Assembly (NCBI GenBank): GCA_032718475.1
Contig: JAUCBJ010008850.1
Span: forward strand, 1,492 to 65,491
Length of the DNA: 64,000 bases
Origin: Nemertoderma westbladi
Lineage: Eukaryota; Animalia; Xenacoelomorpha
Direction of reading: 5' to 3'
This document shows, piece by piece, positions 29,848 to 42,890 of this stretch. Position 1 is the first letter of the stretch. Every line of letters begins with the position of its first letter. The translations under genes were made by a program, and so were the position numbers. The notes beneath the pieces were generated by a model. It worked only from the letters and a program-made list of their open reading frames with translations, had not been told where the DNA came from and did not search any database.

Positions 29848-32800
29848 TTATTCTTTGTCCCTGGCGTGATTTCTCTTAGCTTTAGCCAATATACTGGGAC
29901 ATTCTTCCATGCAGGCCAATGTGAGATAGTCAATATAGGATTCCAAGTCCTTTTTAACATTGCTTAGTTCTACAATCTGCGAAAAATAAATGCTATTTAA
30001 TAAAAAATATGTTATCAATTAATAGAAAAAAGCTGTTTTTTTTTTCACTACTGTACATAATTTTATTTGACCGAAAATATAAAAAGATGAAAAAAAGAAT
30101 ATAAAAATATTTTATTCTGTCTGCTTTAATTAACTTTTTTAATTAAGTACAACTTGTTTTACATCAATGCTCTTTCTATTCATATAATACTATCTGAGAA
30201 ATTCGACCAAAAATATTCAGTTTTTATTTTTATAAAATAATTTTCACTACAATTATGCATTTGTTCTCATAAGCAATTATTCCTCATGACGTTATAAATT
30301 AAGAATCAAACTACAGGTTAGGCCTACATACTGTACTGTATATTCGTTGCCAAGTAGGCCTACAGTACTACACTGACCTCAGAGCGCAGTTTTATAATTT
30401 CATTTACAAGAATATCTTTCTTTAACTTCTTTAAGGACGTCGGATCTTTAGCTGATTTCTCGGTGTTTGTCGGAGATGATTTAGGTGTCGGAATTTCTAC
30501 AACTATACTGGGTACCGGTAACTTCCTTCTAGAAGCTCTCAGTGAAATATTGGACAGAGTCCTAATAATAGCGGTAGACTTATAACGATGTTTCGTGTCT
30601 CTTTTAATCTCTGAACCCCCATTGGTGGAGGTAGACTCCCTAATGTACGGTGATACTACAGCTAAGTTATCTGTAGACTGGGATTGAAGTTTCTCTGAGA
30701 TGAAATTCCCCTTTTGTTTCGACTCGTTTAACAGTTTTTGAATTGTCTTAACATCGGCGCGTTTGTTCGGTTTTTCCACCGTATCAACTCTGTCGTCTGC
30801 AGCGAGCTCATCTACTGATTCCCATATCGGGGTTCGACTCTCCGTTTCGAAATCCAGTCGATTCGATGAAATATCGTTTAACGATAACGACATCCGTCGC
30901 ATCTGGCCAAGTGGACGACCTCCAATCTGTTATTACAAATAATAATTTTATTGGTAATATTAAACCAGAAATTTTCATCCAAAGTAATTTTTATTCCAGT
31001 GTCATGTTATCGGCGTTTTATATTTAATTTACACCCACTGCAAAATTGGCTATGTAAATCCATCTGAGTCAGTCGGTTTACATACTGTATTATTATTTTA
31101 CATGAATGGTTTATTACTTTACAAATTCTTTCCAATCAAACACAATCATTTATAAATAAGTATAATTAGGGCTTTTGCACACTTATAATATTAATTTAAC
31201 CGGTGTTCTGATGGCTGCTGGCTGACTTTCCGCCGTACGAATTGTTTCCAATTTGGCACCATTTTGGGACGATGACTTTTCCGTTGTAGTCTCATTTCTT
31301 CCAGTACGTTTATTTTTCAATGTCGCTTTTGTAACATATGCCTCGTAGGTCAATGAACCTTTGCGTAAATAAAGAAATATTAGCAATATAGACGACATAC
31401 TATAGAACGTAGATTTATTGTATGTTACCCGAGTGATTGTGTCACGTTTTACGTTCATGTATGTTTTAAAGGATAGTTTTCTAAATATATAAATAAAATT
31501 ATTATCAAATGACTTTGATCACAGATGATATAATTGAGGTTTTGTTCTTACCTAATTGTCCAGATTCGGATTTTTTGGTTTTTTTCGGATTTTCTATATT
31601 AACCGTCGTCGCATGCATACATATTCCCGGTATGGTTGTTATGGGAACGCTAACTTGCCCAATCAATGAGGCTTTGTCTTTCACAGTCATGAGGACTTCT
31701 CGACACAATTTGTCTATTTTACTAAAACATTTTGCAAAAATACTAAATATTGATGTACAACATTGTGAAATGACTAAACCAACACCGACTTACAGTATAA
31801 TACAATATACATACTGTACAGTTTCTCATACAATAAATAGGAACCGGAGTTAACATAAAGAATGGCAGTACTGTACTACAGATTCCTTGACCCCAATGCG
31901 ATCTGGTCCTGTCCATTTCATCCTTGCCATGTTAACTGACCGGGACCTCTGGTCATGTCCATCGTCTACAGAAGGTCAACTGTCTACGTCCATCGTCTAG
32001 GTCCACTGTCTACGTCCATCGTCTAGGTACACTGTCTATGTCCATCGTCTATGTCCACTGTCTACGTCCATCGTCTATGTCCACTGTCTATGTCCATCGT
32101 CTATGTCCACTGTCTATGTCCATCGTCTATGTCCACTGTCTACGTCCATCGTCTAGGACCACTGTCTACTTCTATCGTCTATGTCCACCCTCCATGTCCA
32201 TCGTCTAGGTCCTCTCTCTATGTCCATCGTCTATGTCCACTGTCTACTTCCATCGTCTATGTCCACCCTCTATGTCCATCGTCTAGGTCCTCTCTCTATG
32301 TCCATCGTCTATGTCCACTGTCTACGTCCATCGTCTATGTCCACCCTCTATGTCCATCGTCTGGGTCCACTCTCTATATGTCCATCGTCTAAGTCCACTG
32401 TCTACGTCCATCGTCTATGTCCACCCTCTATGTCCATCGTCTGGGTCCACTCTCTATGTCCATCGTCTAGGTCCACTGTCTACGTCCATCGTCTATGTCC
32501 ACCCTCTATGTCCATCGTCTAGGTCCACTCTCTATGTCCATCGTCTAGGTGCACTGTCTACGTCCATCGTCTATGTCCACCCTCTATGTCCATCGTCTAG
32601 GTCCACTCTCTATGTCCATCGTCTAGGTCCACTGTCTACGTCCATCGTCTATGTCCACCCTCTATGTCCATCGTCTAGGTCCACTGTCTACGTCCATCGT
32701 CTATGTCCACCCTCTATGTCCATCGTCTAGGTCCACTCTCTATGTCCATCGTCTAGGTCCACTGTCTACGTCCATCGTCTATGTCCACCCTCTATGTCCA

Positions 32801-35800
32801 TCGTCTAGGTCCACTATCTAGGTCCATCGTCTAGGTTCACTGTTTACGTCCATCGTCTATGTCCACCATCTATGTCCATCGTCTAGGTTCACTCTCTATG
32901 TCCATCGTCTATGTCCACTCTCTATGTCCATCGTCTAGGCAACTCTCTATTTCCATCGCCTAGGTCCACTCTCTAGGTCCATCGTCTAGGTCCACTGTCT
33001 ACGTCCATCTTCTATGTCCACCCTCTATGTCCATCGTCTAGGTCCACTCTCTATGTCCATCGTCTAGGTCCACTCTCTATTTCCATCGTCTAGGTCAATT
33101 CTCTATGTCCATCGTCTATGTCCATTGTCTACGTCCATCATCTAGGTCCACTGTCTACGTCCATCGTCTATGTCCACCCTGTATGTCCATCGTCTAGGTC
33201 CACTCTCTATTTCCATCGTCTAGGTCAATTCTCTATGTCCATCGTCTATGTCCATTGTCTACGTCCATCGTATATGTCTGCCCTCTATGTCCACCGCCTG
33301 GGTCCACTCACTATGTCCATCGTCTATTTCCACTGCCTACGTCCATCGTCTAGGTACACTCTCTATGTCAATCGTCTAGATCCACTCTCTATGTCCATCG
33401 TCTAAGTCCACTGTCTATGTCCATCGTCTGGGTCCACTGTCTATGTCCATCGTCTAGGTCCACTGTCTACGTCCATCGTCTAGGTCCACTGTCTACGTCC
33501 ATCGTCTAAGTCCACCCTCTATGTCCATCGTCTAGGTACACTCTATATGTCCATCGTCTAGGTCCACTCTCTATGTCCATCGTCTAGGTCCACTGTCTAC
33601 GTCCATCGTCTAGGTCCATCGTCTAGGTCCACTGTCTACGTCCATCTTCTATGTCCACCCTCTATGTCCATCGTCTAGGTCCACTGTCTACGTCCATCGT
33701 CTATGTCCACCCTCTATGTCCATCGTCTAGGTCCACTCTCTATTTCCATCGTCTAGGTCAATTCTCTATGTCCATCGTCTATGTCCATTGTCTACGTCCA
33801 TCGTCTAGGTCCACTGTCTACGTCCATCGTCTATGTCCACCCTCTATGTCCATCGTCTAGGTCCACTCTCTATTTCCATCGTCTAGGTCAATTCTCTATG
33901 TCCATCGTCTACGTCCATCGTCTATGTCTACCCTCTATATCTATCGCCTGGGTCCTCTCACTATGTCCATCGTCTATTTCCACTGTCTATGTCCATCGTC
34001 TAGGTACACTCTCTATGTCAATCGTCTAGGTCCACTCTCTATATCCATCGTCTAAGTCCACTGTCTATGTCCATCGTCTGGGTCCACTGTCTATGTCCAT
34101 CGTCTAGGTCCACTGTCTACGTCCATCGTCTAGGTCCACTGTCTACGTCCATCGTCTATGTCCACCCTATATGTCCATCGTCTAGGTCCACTCTATATGT
34201 CCATCGTCTAGGTCCACTCTCTATGTCCATCGTCTAGGTCCACTGTCTACGTCCATCGTCTAGGTCCACTCTCTATGTCCATCGTCTAGGCCCAAAGTCT
34301 ACGTCCATCGTCTAGGTCCACTGTCTACGTCCATCGTCTATGTCCACCCTCTATGTCCATCTTCTAGGTCCACTCTCTATTTCCATCGTCTAGGTCCACC
34401 CTCTATGTCCATCGTCTAGGTCCACTGCCTACGTCCATCGTATATGTCCACCCTCTATGTCCATCGTCTAGGTCCACTCTCTATGTCCATCGTCTAAGTC
34501 CACTCTCTATGTCCATCGTCTAGGTCCACTGTCTACGCCCATCGTCTAGGCCCACTCTCTATATGTCCATCGTCTAGGTCCAATGTCTACGTCCACCCTC
34601 TATGTCCATCGTCTGGGTCCACTCTCTATGTCCATCGTCTATGTCCACCATCTATGTCCATCGTCTATGTCCACCATCTATGTCCATCGTCTATGTCCAC
34701 CATCTATTTCCATCGTCTAGGTCCACTCTCTATGTCCATCGTTTAGGCCCACTGTCTACGTCCATCATCTAGGTCCACTGTCTACGTCCATCGTCTAGGT
34801 CCACTGCCTACGTCCATCGTCTATGTCCACCCTCTATGTCCATCGTCTAGGTCCACACTCTATGTCCATCGTCTAGGTCCACTGTCTATGTTCATCGTCT
34901 AGGTCTACTCTCTATGTCCATCGTCTAGGTCCACTGTCTATGGCATCCTCTAGGTCAACGCACTATGTCCATCGTCTAGGTCCACTGTCTACGTCCATCG
35001 TCTATGTCCACCCTCTATGTCCATCGTCTAGGTCCACTGTCTATGTCCATCGTCTATGTCCACTGTCTATGTCCATCGTCTAGGTCCACTCTCTATGTCC
35101 ATCGTCTAGGTCCACTGTCTAGGGCCATCGCCTAGGTCCACTGTCTATGTCCATCGTCTAGGTCCACTCTCTATGTCCATCGTCTAGGTCCACTGTCTAT
35201 GTCCATCGTCTAGGTCTACTCTCTATGTCCATCTTCTAGGTCCACTCTCTATATCCATCGTCTAGGTCCACCCTCTATGTCCATCGTCTAGGTCCACTCT
35301 CTATGTCCATCATCTTGGTCCACTGTCTATATGTCCATCGTCTAGGTCCACTGTTCACGTCCATCGTCTAGGTCCACTCTCTATGTCCATAGTCTAGGTC
35401 CACTGTCTATGTACATCGTCTAGGTCCACTGTCTACGTCCATAGTCTAGGCCCACTGTCTATATGTCCATCGTCTATGTCCACCCTCTATGTCCATCGTC
35501 TGGGTCCACTCTCTATGTCCATCGTCTATGTCCACCATCTATGTCCATCGTCTATGTCCACCATCTATGACCATCGTCTATGTCCACCCTCTATTTCCAT
35601 CGTCTAGGTCCACTCTCTATGTCCGTCGTCTAGGTCCACTGTCTATGTCCATCGTCTAGGTCTACTCTCTATGTCCATCGTCTAGGTCCACTGTCTATGG
35701 CATCCTCTAGGTCAACGCACTATGTCCATCGTCTAGGTCCACTGTCTACGTCCATCGTCTATGTCCACCCTCTATTTCCATCGTCTAGGTCCACTGTCTA

Positions 35801-36911
35801 TGTCCATCGTCTATGTCCACTGTCTATGTCCATCGTCTAGGTCCACTGTCTATGTCCATCGCCTAGGTCCACTGTCTATGTCCATCGTCTAGGTCCACTC
35901 TCTATGTCCATCGTCTAGGTCCACTGTCTATGTCCATCGTCTTGGTCCACTCTCAATTTCCATCGTCTAGGTCCACTGTCTACGTCCATCGTCTAGGTCC
36001 ACCGTCTATGTCCATCGTCTAGGTCCACTGTCTATGTCCATCGTCTAGGTCCACTCTCTATGTCCATCGTCTAGATCCACTGTCTATGTCCATTGTCTAC
36101 GTCCACTGTCTATGTCCATCATCTAGGTCCACCGTCTATGTCCATCGTCTAGGTCCACTGTCTATGTCTATTGGTCTAGGTCCACTGTCTATGTCCATCG
36201 TCTAGGTCCACTGTCTATGTCCATTGTCTACGTCCACTGTCTATGTCCATCGTCTAGGTCCACTGTCTATGTTCATCGTTAGGTCCACTGTCTATGTCCA
36301 TTGGTCTAGGTCCACTGTCTATGTCCATCGTCTAGGTCCACTGTCTATGTCCATTGTCTACGTCCACTGTCTATGTCAATCGTCTAGGTCCACTGTCTAT
36401 GTCCATCGTTAGGTCCACTGTCTATGTCCATCGTCTAGGTCCACTGTCTACATCCATCATCTAGGTCCACTGTCTATGTCCATCGTCTAGGTCCACTGTC
36501 TATGTCCATCGTCTAGGTCCACTGTCTACATCCATCATCTTGGTCCACTGTCTATGTCCATCGTCTAGGTCCACTGTCTACATCCATCATCTAGGTCCAC
36601 TGTCTATGTCCATCGTCTAGGTCCACTGTCTATGTCCATCGTCTAGGTCAACTGTCTACATCCATCATCTTGGTCCACTGTCTACGTCCATCGTCTATGT
36701 CCATTGTTGTTTATCTACGAATCGCCCTCATCCAATCTACTTACAAATCGGCTTCCTCTTTCCAGACCACATCCCCGGTTGCTGTGGGAACGACTTGCGT
36801 AGTAAAAGTCTGCCTTCCGACCCCAAAGATAACCCTCGGTCTGCAATGCTTTCGACGCGTTTTGATTGGCAGATTCGAAGCAGAAACCACTGAAAGGAAT
36901 ATAGTATGCAT
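29848..36911 (-). CDS. Rab11 family-interacting protein-like (class I architecture, C2 + FIP-RBD), ~390 aa, 5 coding exons: 36911-36745, 31721-31552, 31358-31201, 30926-30378, 29976-29848
   Basis: GT-AG introns with consistent phases (2,1,0,0) join to 1173 nt. N-terminal C2-like LSVVSASNL..FTTQVV..VVWKEEADF..IGQVSVPI; last exon KDLESYIDYLTLACMEECPSIL resembles FIP-RBD LEDYIDNLLVRVMEETPSIL. Exon-3 donor (GTTAAA) is weak. Confidence 0.8.
31957..36705. repeat. ~4.7-kb intronic satellite, 13-bp monomers alternating as a 26-bp dimer
   Basis: GTCCATCGTCTA(G/T) alternating with GTCCAC(T/C)(G/C)TCTA(T/C). Confidence 0.97.
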
Positions 36912-38448
36912 AAAAACTGAGACTGAAAGGATCATATAGATAAATTTTGGTCGAGCTTAAAAATATCTCAGTATAAACGATTAAAAACAACTTCTTTTAC
37001 AAACTTTTTGACAAAAATACAACCCGTGCCCGGTTCACTCGTTTAAAAAAGGATACTTACTTGTCGGCCTATCTGTTTCATATTACAGTGAAACGGGATC
37101 GAATATATTAACTCGGGCTCCGCCAACTAATCATATTGGCTATAGAAACCAAAGCTGCAGCATCTTTTGCATAAACCTGCTAACTGTGACGTCTTCCCAG
37201 CCTTAAAGGTACCGGTAACAGCCAAGAGAGAGGAACCTTCGTGTTTCACCCTAACCAACAACTGACTTTACTTTATGAGTTAATACGTACCTGTGACTTT
37301 AATCTCTTCAATTACAAACATTGTTTTAAATATCTGTAGGCCTATACATAATGATAAAATCAGCTAACGTTTATCAGTGTACTTAACTATTTTTTTTGCT
37401 TTGATTCGTTTATAATTAGGTCAAAGAAACTTTAATAAGTCTTTACATATTATATTAAAAGTAAAATTGTGAAATTATATCGTCAATTGGCAAGTTATGA
37501 ATTATACATTCAGTAAGTTCACCCTTCGGCATTGCAATTTACATCCAATAGACATAAACATTGTGGAGAACAATCAATATTATAGCCCAGAGTATTTTAA
37601 TATGGTAATGTAGTTACTGTAACAATAAAAAATATCGATGTACTGTACATTCAACATTTTACGACTTCTATATCAGATAAAAAAATTATTATGTCTCATT
37701 GCGAAAATAAACTGATATGGTAAGCAATATCTATAGTTATTCCACAACTCGGGGCCTAGAGTTTATAATATTATGCATTATTTTGGTGAGATTCAACAGG
37801 CAGATATACTGTATTTACGGCCTGAGAACATACAGTATATATCCGAAAAGAATGACTCGAATTAATGACTTTATTAATAACAAAGAATTGTAATTTATTT
37901 AGAAATTTATCTATTAGAAATTAAAAACTAGTCATACTAGCACAGTATACAAACTAATCAAAATGTTAAACTGTATCATGTTAATAATTGAATCAAGTAA
38001 TAGAAAAAGATTTGCAGGTTCATTAGAATAGTTGTACGGTAATTATAGTATCATGTAAGTTACCCTAGCAACGGGTTTCTTGTATGTATGGATGAAGCGT
38101 ATTCAATGACATCATCGCTCTAATGTTGACGATTGTTCATTATTGATCTATTATATTATTAAACCGACACATTAGCGACAGTATCTACATTATTACAGTA
38201 GTAGTAACTTATGCAGTTGGGATCTAAATAAACACATTTAACTCACTTTTAAAAGTGTATACAGTACTTAAAAACTTTAAAATATATACTCATCAATTCT
38301 CGGAGGAAACTTCTTACAAATAGGACATTATTATTTCATTTTATGTTTACTTTTTATATTATATATTTTACTTCTTTTTGATATTTATATTTTTACATTA
38401 CATTATTTAATTTAATGAATGGGATAACATTTTGGCTCAGTACGAATT

Positions 38449-41400
38449 CCTGTTCACCACCATGGGTGATCTTCCACAGTAAACCCTTCCACTCTGTTTC
38501 CTAAAGGAATGCCTGTTCACCACCATGGGTGATCTTCCACTTAAACCCTTCCATTATGTTTCCTAAAGGAATGTCTGTTCACCAAAATGGGTGATCTTCC
38601 ACAGTAAACCCTTCCACTCTGTTTCCTAAGGAATGCCTGTTCACCAAAATGGGTGATCTTCCACAGTAAACCCTTCCACTCTGTTTCCTAAAGGAATGCC
38701 TGTTCACCACCATGGCTGATATTCCACTTAAACCCTTCCATTATGTTTCCTAAAGGAATGTCTGTTCACCAAAATGGGTGATCTTCCACACTAAACCCTT
38801 CCACTCTGTTTCCTAAGGAATGCCTGTTCACCAAAATGGGTGATCTTCCACAGTAAACCCTTCCACTCTGTTTCCTAGAGGAATGTCTGTTCACCAAAAT
38901 GGGTGATCTTCCACAGTAAACCCTTCCACTCTGTTTCCTAAAGGAATGTCTGTTCACCAAAATGGGTGATCTTCCACAGTAAACCCTTCCACTCTGTTTC
39001 CTAAGGAATGCCTGTTCACCAAAATGGGTGATCTTCCACAGTAAACCCTTCCATTATGTTTACTAAAGGAATGCCTGTTCACCAAAATGGGTGATCTTCC
39101 ACAGTAAATCCTTCCACTCTGTTTCCTAAAGGAATGCCTGTTCACCACCATGGCTGATCTTCCACAGTAAATCCTTCCACTCTGTTTCCTAAAGGAATGC
39201 CTGTCCACCACCATGGCTGATCTTCCACAGTAAATCCTTCCACTCTGTTTCCTAAAGGAATGCCTGTCCACCACCATGGTCGATCTTCCACAGTAAATCC
39301 TTCCACTCTGTTTCCTAAAGGAATGCCTGTTCACCACCATGGCTGATCTTCCACAGTAAACCCTTCCACTCTGTTTCCGAAAGTAATGCCTGTTCACCAC
39401 AATGGGTGATCTTCCACAGTAAACCCTTCCACTCTGTTTCCTAAAGGAATGCCTGTTCACCACCATGGGTGATCTTCCACAGTAAACCCTTCCATTCTGT
39501 TTCCTAAAGGAATGCCTGTTCACCACCGTGGGTGATCTTCCACAGTAAACCCTTCCACTCTGTTTCCTAAATGAATGCCTGTTCACCACCATGGGTGATC
39601 TTCCACAGTAAACCCTTCCACTCTGTTTCCGAAAGTAATGCCTGTTCACCACAATGGGTGATCTTCCACAGTAAACCCTTCCACTCTGTTTCCTAAAGGA
39701 ATGCCTGTTCACCACCATGGGTGATCTTCCACAGTAAACCCTTCCACTCTGTTTCCGAAAGTAATGCCTGTTCACCACAATGGGTGATCTTCCACAGTAA
39801 ACCCTTCCACTCTGTTTCCTAAAGGAATGCCTGTTCACCACCATGGCTGATCTTCCACAGTAAATCCTTCCACTCTGTTTCCTAAAGGAATGCCTGTCCA
39901 CCACCATGGCTGATCTTCCACAGTAAATCCTTCCACTCTGTTTCCTAAAGGAATGCCTGTCCACCACCATGGTCGATTTTCCACAGTAAATCCTTCCACT
40001 CTGTTTCCTAAAGGAATGCCTGTTCACCACCATGGCTGATCTTCCACAGTAAACCCTTCCACTCTGTTTCCGAAAGTAATGCCTGTTCACCACAATGGGT
40101 GATCTTCCACAGTAAACCCTTCCACTCTGTTTCCTAAAGGAATGCCTGTTCACCACCATGGGTGATCTTCCACAGTAAACCCTTCCATTCTGTTTCCTAA
40201 AGGAATGCCTGTTCACCACCGTGGGTGATCTTCCACAGTAAACCCTTCCACTCTGTTTCCTAAAGGAATGCCTGTTCACCACCATGGGTGATCTTCCACA
40301 GTAAACCCTTCCACTCTGTTTCCGAAAGTAAAGCCTGTTCACCACAATGGGTGATCTTCCACAGTAAACCCTTCCACTCTCTTTCCTAAAGGAATGCCTG
40401 TTCACCACCATGGGTGATCTTCCACAGTAAACCCTTCCACTCTGTTTCCGAAAGTAATGCCTGTTCACCACAATGGGTGATCTTCCACAGTAAACCCTTC
40501 CACTCTGTTTCCTAAAGGAATGCCTGTTCACCACCATGGGTGATCTTCCACAGTAAACCCTTCCATTCTGTTTCCTAAAGGAATGCCTGTTCACCACCGT
40601 GGGTGATCTTCCACAGTAAACCCTTCCACTCTGTTTCCTAAAGGAATGCCTGTTCACCACCATGGGTGATCTTCCACAGTAAACCCTTCCACTCTGTTTC
40701 CTAAATGAATGCCTGTTCACCACCGTGGGTGATCTTCCACAGTAAACCCTTCCACTCTGTTTCCTAAAGGAATGCCTGTTCACCACCGTGGGTGATCTTC
40801 CACAGTAAACCCTTCCACTCTGTTTCCTAAAGGAATGCCTGTTCACCACCGTGGGTGATCTTCCGCAGTAAATTCTTCCACTCTGCTTCCCAAAGGAATG
40901 CCTGTTCACCAAAATGGGTGATCTTCCGCAGTAAATTCTTCCACTCTGCTTCCCAAAGGAATGCCTGTTCACCAAAATGGGTGATCTTCCGCAGTAAATT
41001 CTTCCACTCTGCTTCCCAAAGGAATGCCTGTTCACCAAAATGGGTGATCTTCCGCAGTAAACTCTTCCACTCTGTTTCCTAAAAGAATGCCTGTTCACCA
41101 AAAAGGGTGATCTTCCGCAGTAAATTCTTCCACTCTGCTTCCTAAAGGAATGCCTATTCACCACCATGGGTGATCTTCCATAGTAAACCCTTCCACTCTG
41201 CTTCCCAAAGGAATGCCTGTTCACCAAAATGGGTGATCTTCCGCAGTAAACTCTTCCACTCTTTGTTTCCTAAAAGAATGCCTGTTCACCAAAAAGGGTG
41301 ATCTTCCGCAGTAAATTCTTCCACTCTGCTTCCTAAAGGAATGCCTATTCACCACCATGGGTGATCTTCCATAGTAAACCCTTCCACTCTGTTTCCTAAA

Positions 41401-42890
41401 GGAATGCCTCTTCACCACCATGGGTGATCTTCCACAGTAAACCCTTCCACTGTGTTTCCTAAAAGAATGCCTGTTCACCACCGTGGGTGATCTTCCACAG
41501 TAAATTCTTCAACCCTGTTTCCTAAAGGAATGCGTGTTCACCAAAAAGGGTGATCTTCCACAGAAAACCCTTCCACTGTTTCCTAAAGGAATGCCTCTTC
41601 ACCACATGGGTGATCTTCCACGTAAACCCTTCCACTCTGTTTCATAAAGGAATGCCTCTTCACCACCATGGGTGATCTTCCACAGTAAACCCTTCCACTG
41701 TGTTTCCTAAAAGAATGCCTGTTCACCACCGTGGGTGATCTTCCACAGTAAACTCTTCCACCCTGTTTCCTAAAGGAATGCCTGTTCACCACCCCACCAT
41801 GGGTGATCTTCCACAGTAAACCCTTCCACTCTGGTTCCTAATGGAATGCCTGTTCACCACCATGGGTGATCTTCCACAGTAAATTCTTCAACCCTGTTTC
41901 CTAAAGGAATGCCTGTTCACCAAAAAGGGTGATCTTCCACAGAAAAACCTTCCACTGTTTCCTAAAGGAATGCCTCTTCACCACATGGGTGATCTTCCAC
42001 GTAAACCCTTCCACTCTGTTTCATAAAGGAATGCCTCTTCACCACCATGGGTGATCTTCCACAGTAAACCCTTCCACTGTGTTTCCTAAAAGAATGCCTG
42101 TTCACCACCGTGGGTGATCTTCCACAGTAAACTCTTCCACCCTGTTTCCTAAAGGAATGCCTGTTCACCACCCCACCATGGGTGATCTTCCACAGTAAAC
42201 CCTTCCACTCTGGTTCCTAATGGAATGCCTGTTCACCACAATGGGTGATCTTCCACAGTAAACCCTTCCACTCTGTTTCCCAAAGAATGCCTGTTCACCA
42301 CCATGGGTGATCTTCCACAGTAAACTCTTCAACCCTGTTTCCTAAAGGAATGCCTGTTCAACATAATGGGTGATCTTCCACAGAAAACCCTTCCACTCTG
42401 TTTCCTAAAGGAATGCCTCTTCACCACCATGGGTGATCTTCCACAGTAAACCCTTCCACACTGTTTCCCAAAGGAATGCCTATTCATCACCACGGGTGAT
42501 CTTCCACAGTAAACCCTTCCACTCTGTTTTCTAAAGGAATGCTTCTTCACCACCATGGGTGATCTTCCACAGTAAACCCTTGCACTGCGTTTCCCAAAGG
42601 AATGCCTATTCATCACCACGGGAGATCTTCCACAGAAAACCCTTCCACTCTGTTTCCTAAAGGAATGCCTCTTCACCACCATGGGTGATCTTCCACAGTA
42701 AACCCTTCCACACTGTTTCCCAAAGGAATGCATATTCATCACCACGGGTGATCTTCCACAGTAAACCCTTCCACTCTGTTTCCTAAAGGAATGCTTCTTC
42801 ACCACCATGGGTGATCTTCCACAGTAAACCCTTCCACTGCGTTTCCCAAAGGAATGCCTGTTCACAACCAAACCATGGGTGATCTTCCAC
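38449..42890. repeat. ~4.4-kb array of a 63-bp minisatellite (~70 copies)
   Basis: CCTGTTCACCACCATGGGTGATCTTCCACAGTAAACCCTTCCACTCTGTTTCCTAAAGGAATG repeated head to tail. Confidence 0.97.

Noticed and set aside
32051-36412. MSIVYVH-type ORFs
   Set aside because: Translations of the 13/26-bp satellite.
38954-41227. 757-aa repetitive ORF or CRISPR-like array
   Set aside because: Head-to-tail 63-bp satellite with no unique spacers; the ORF is a by-product of unit length and flanking units are frameshifted.
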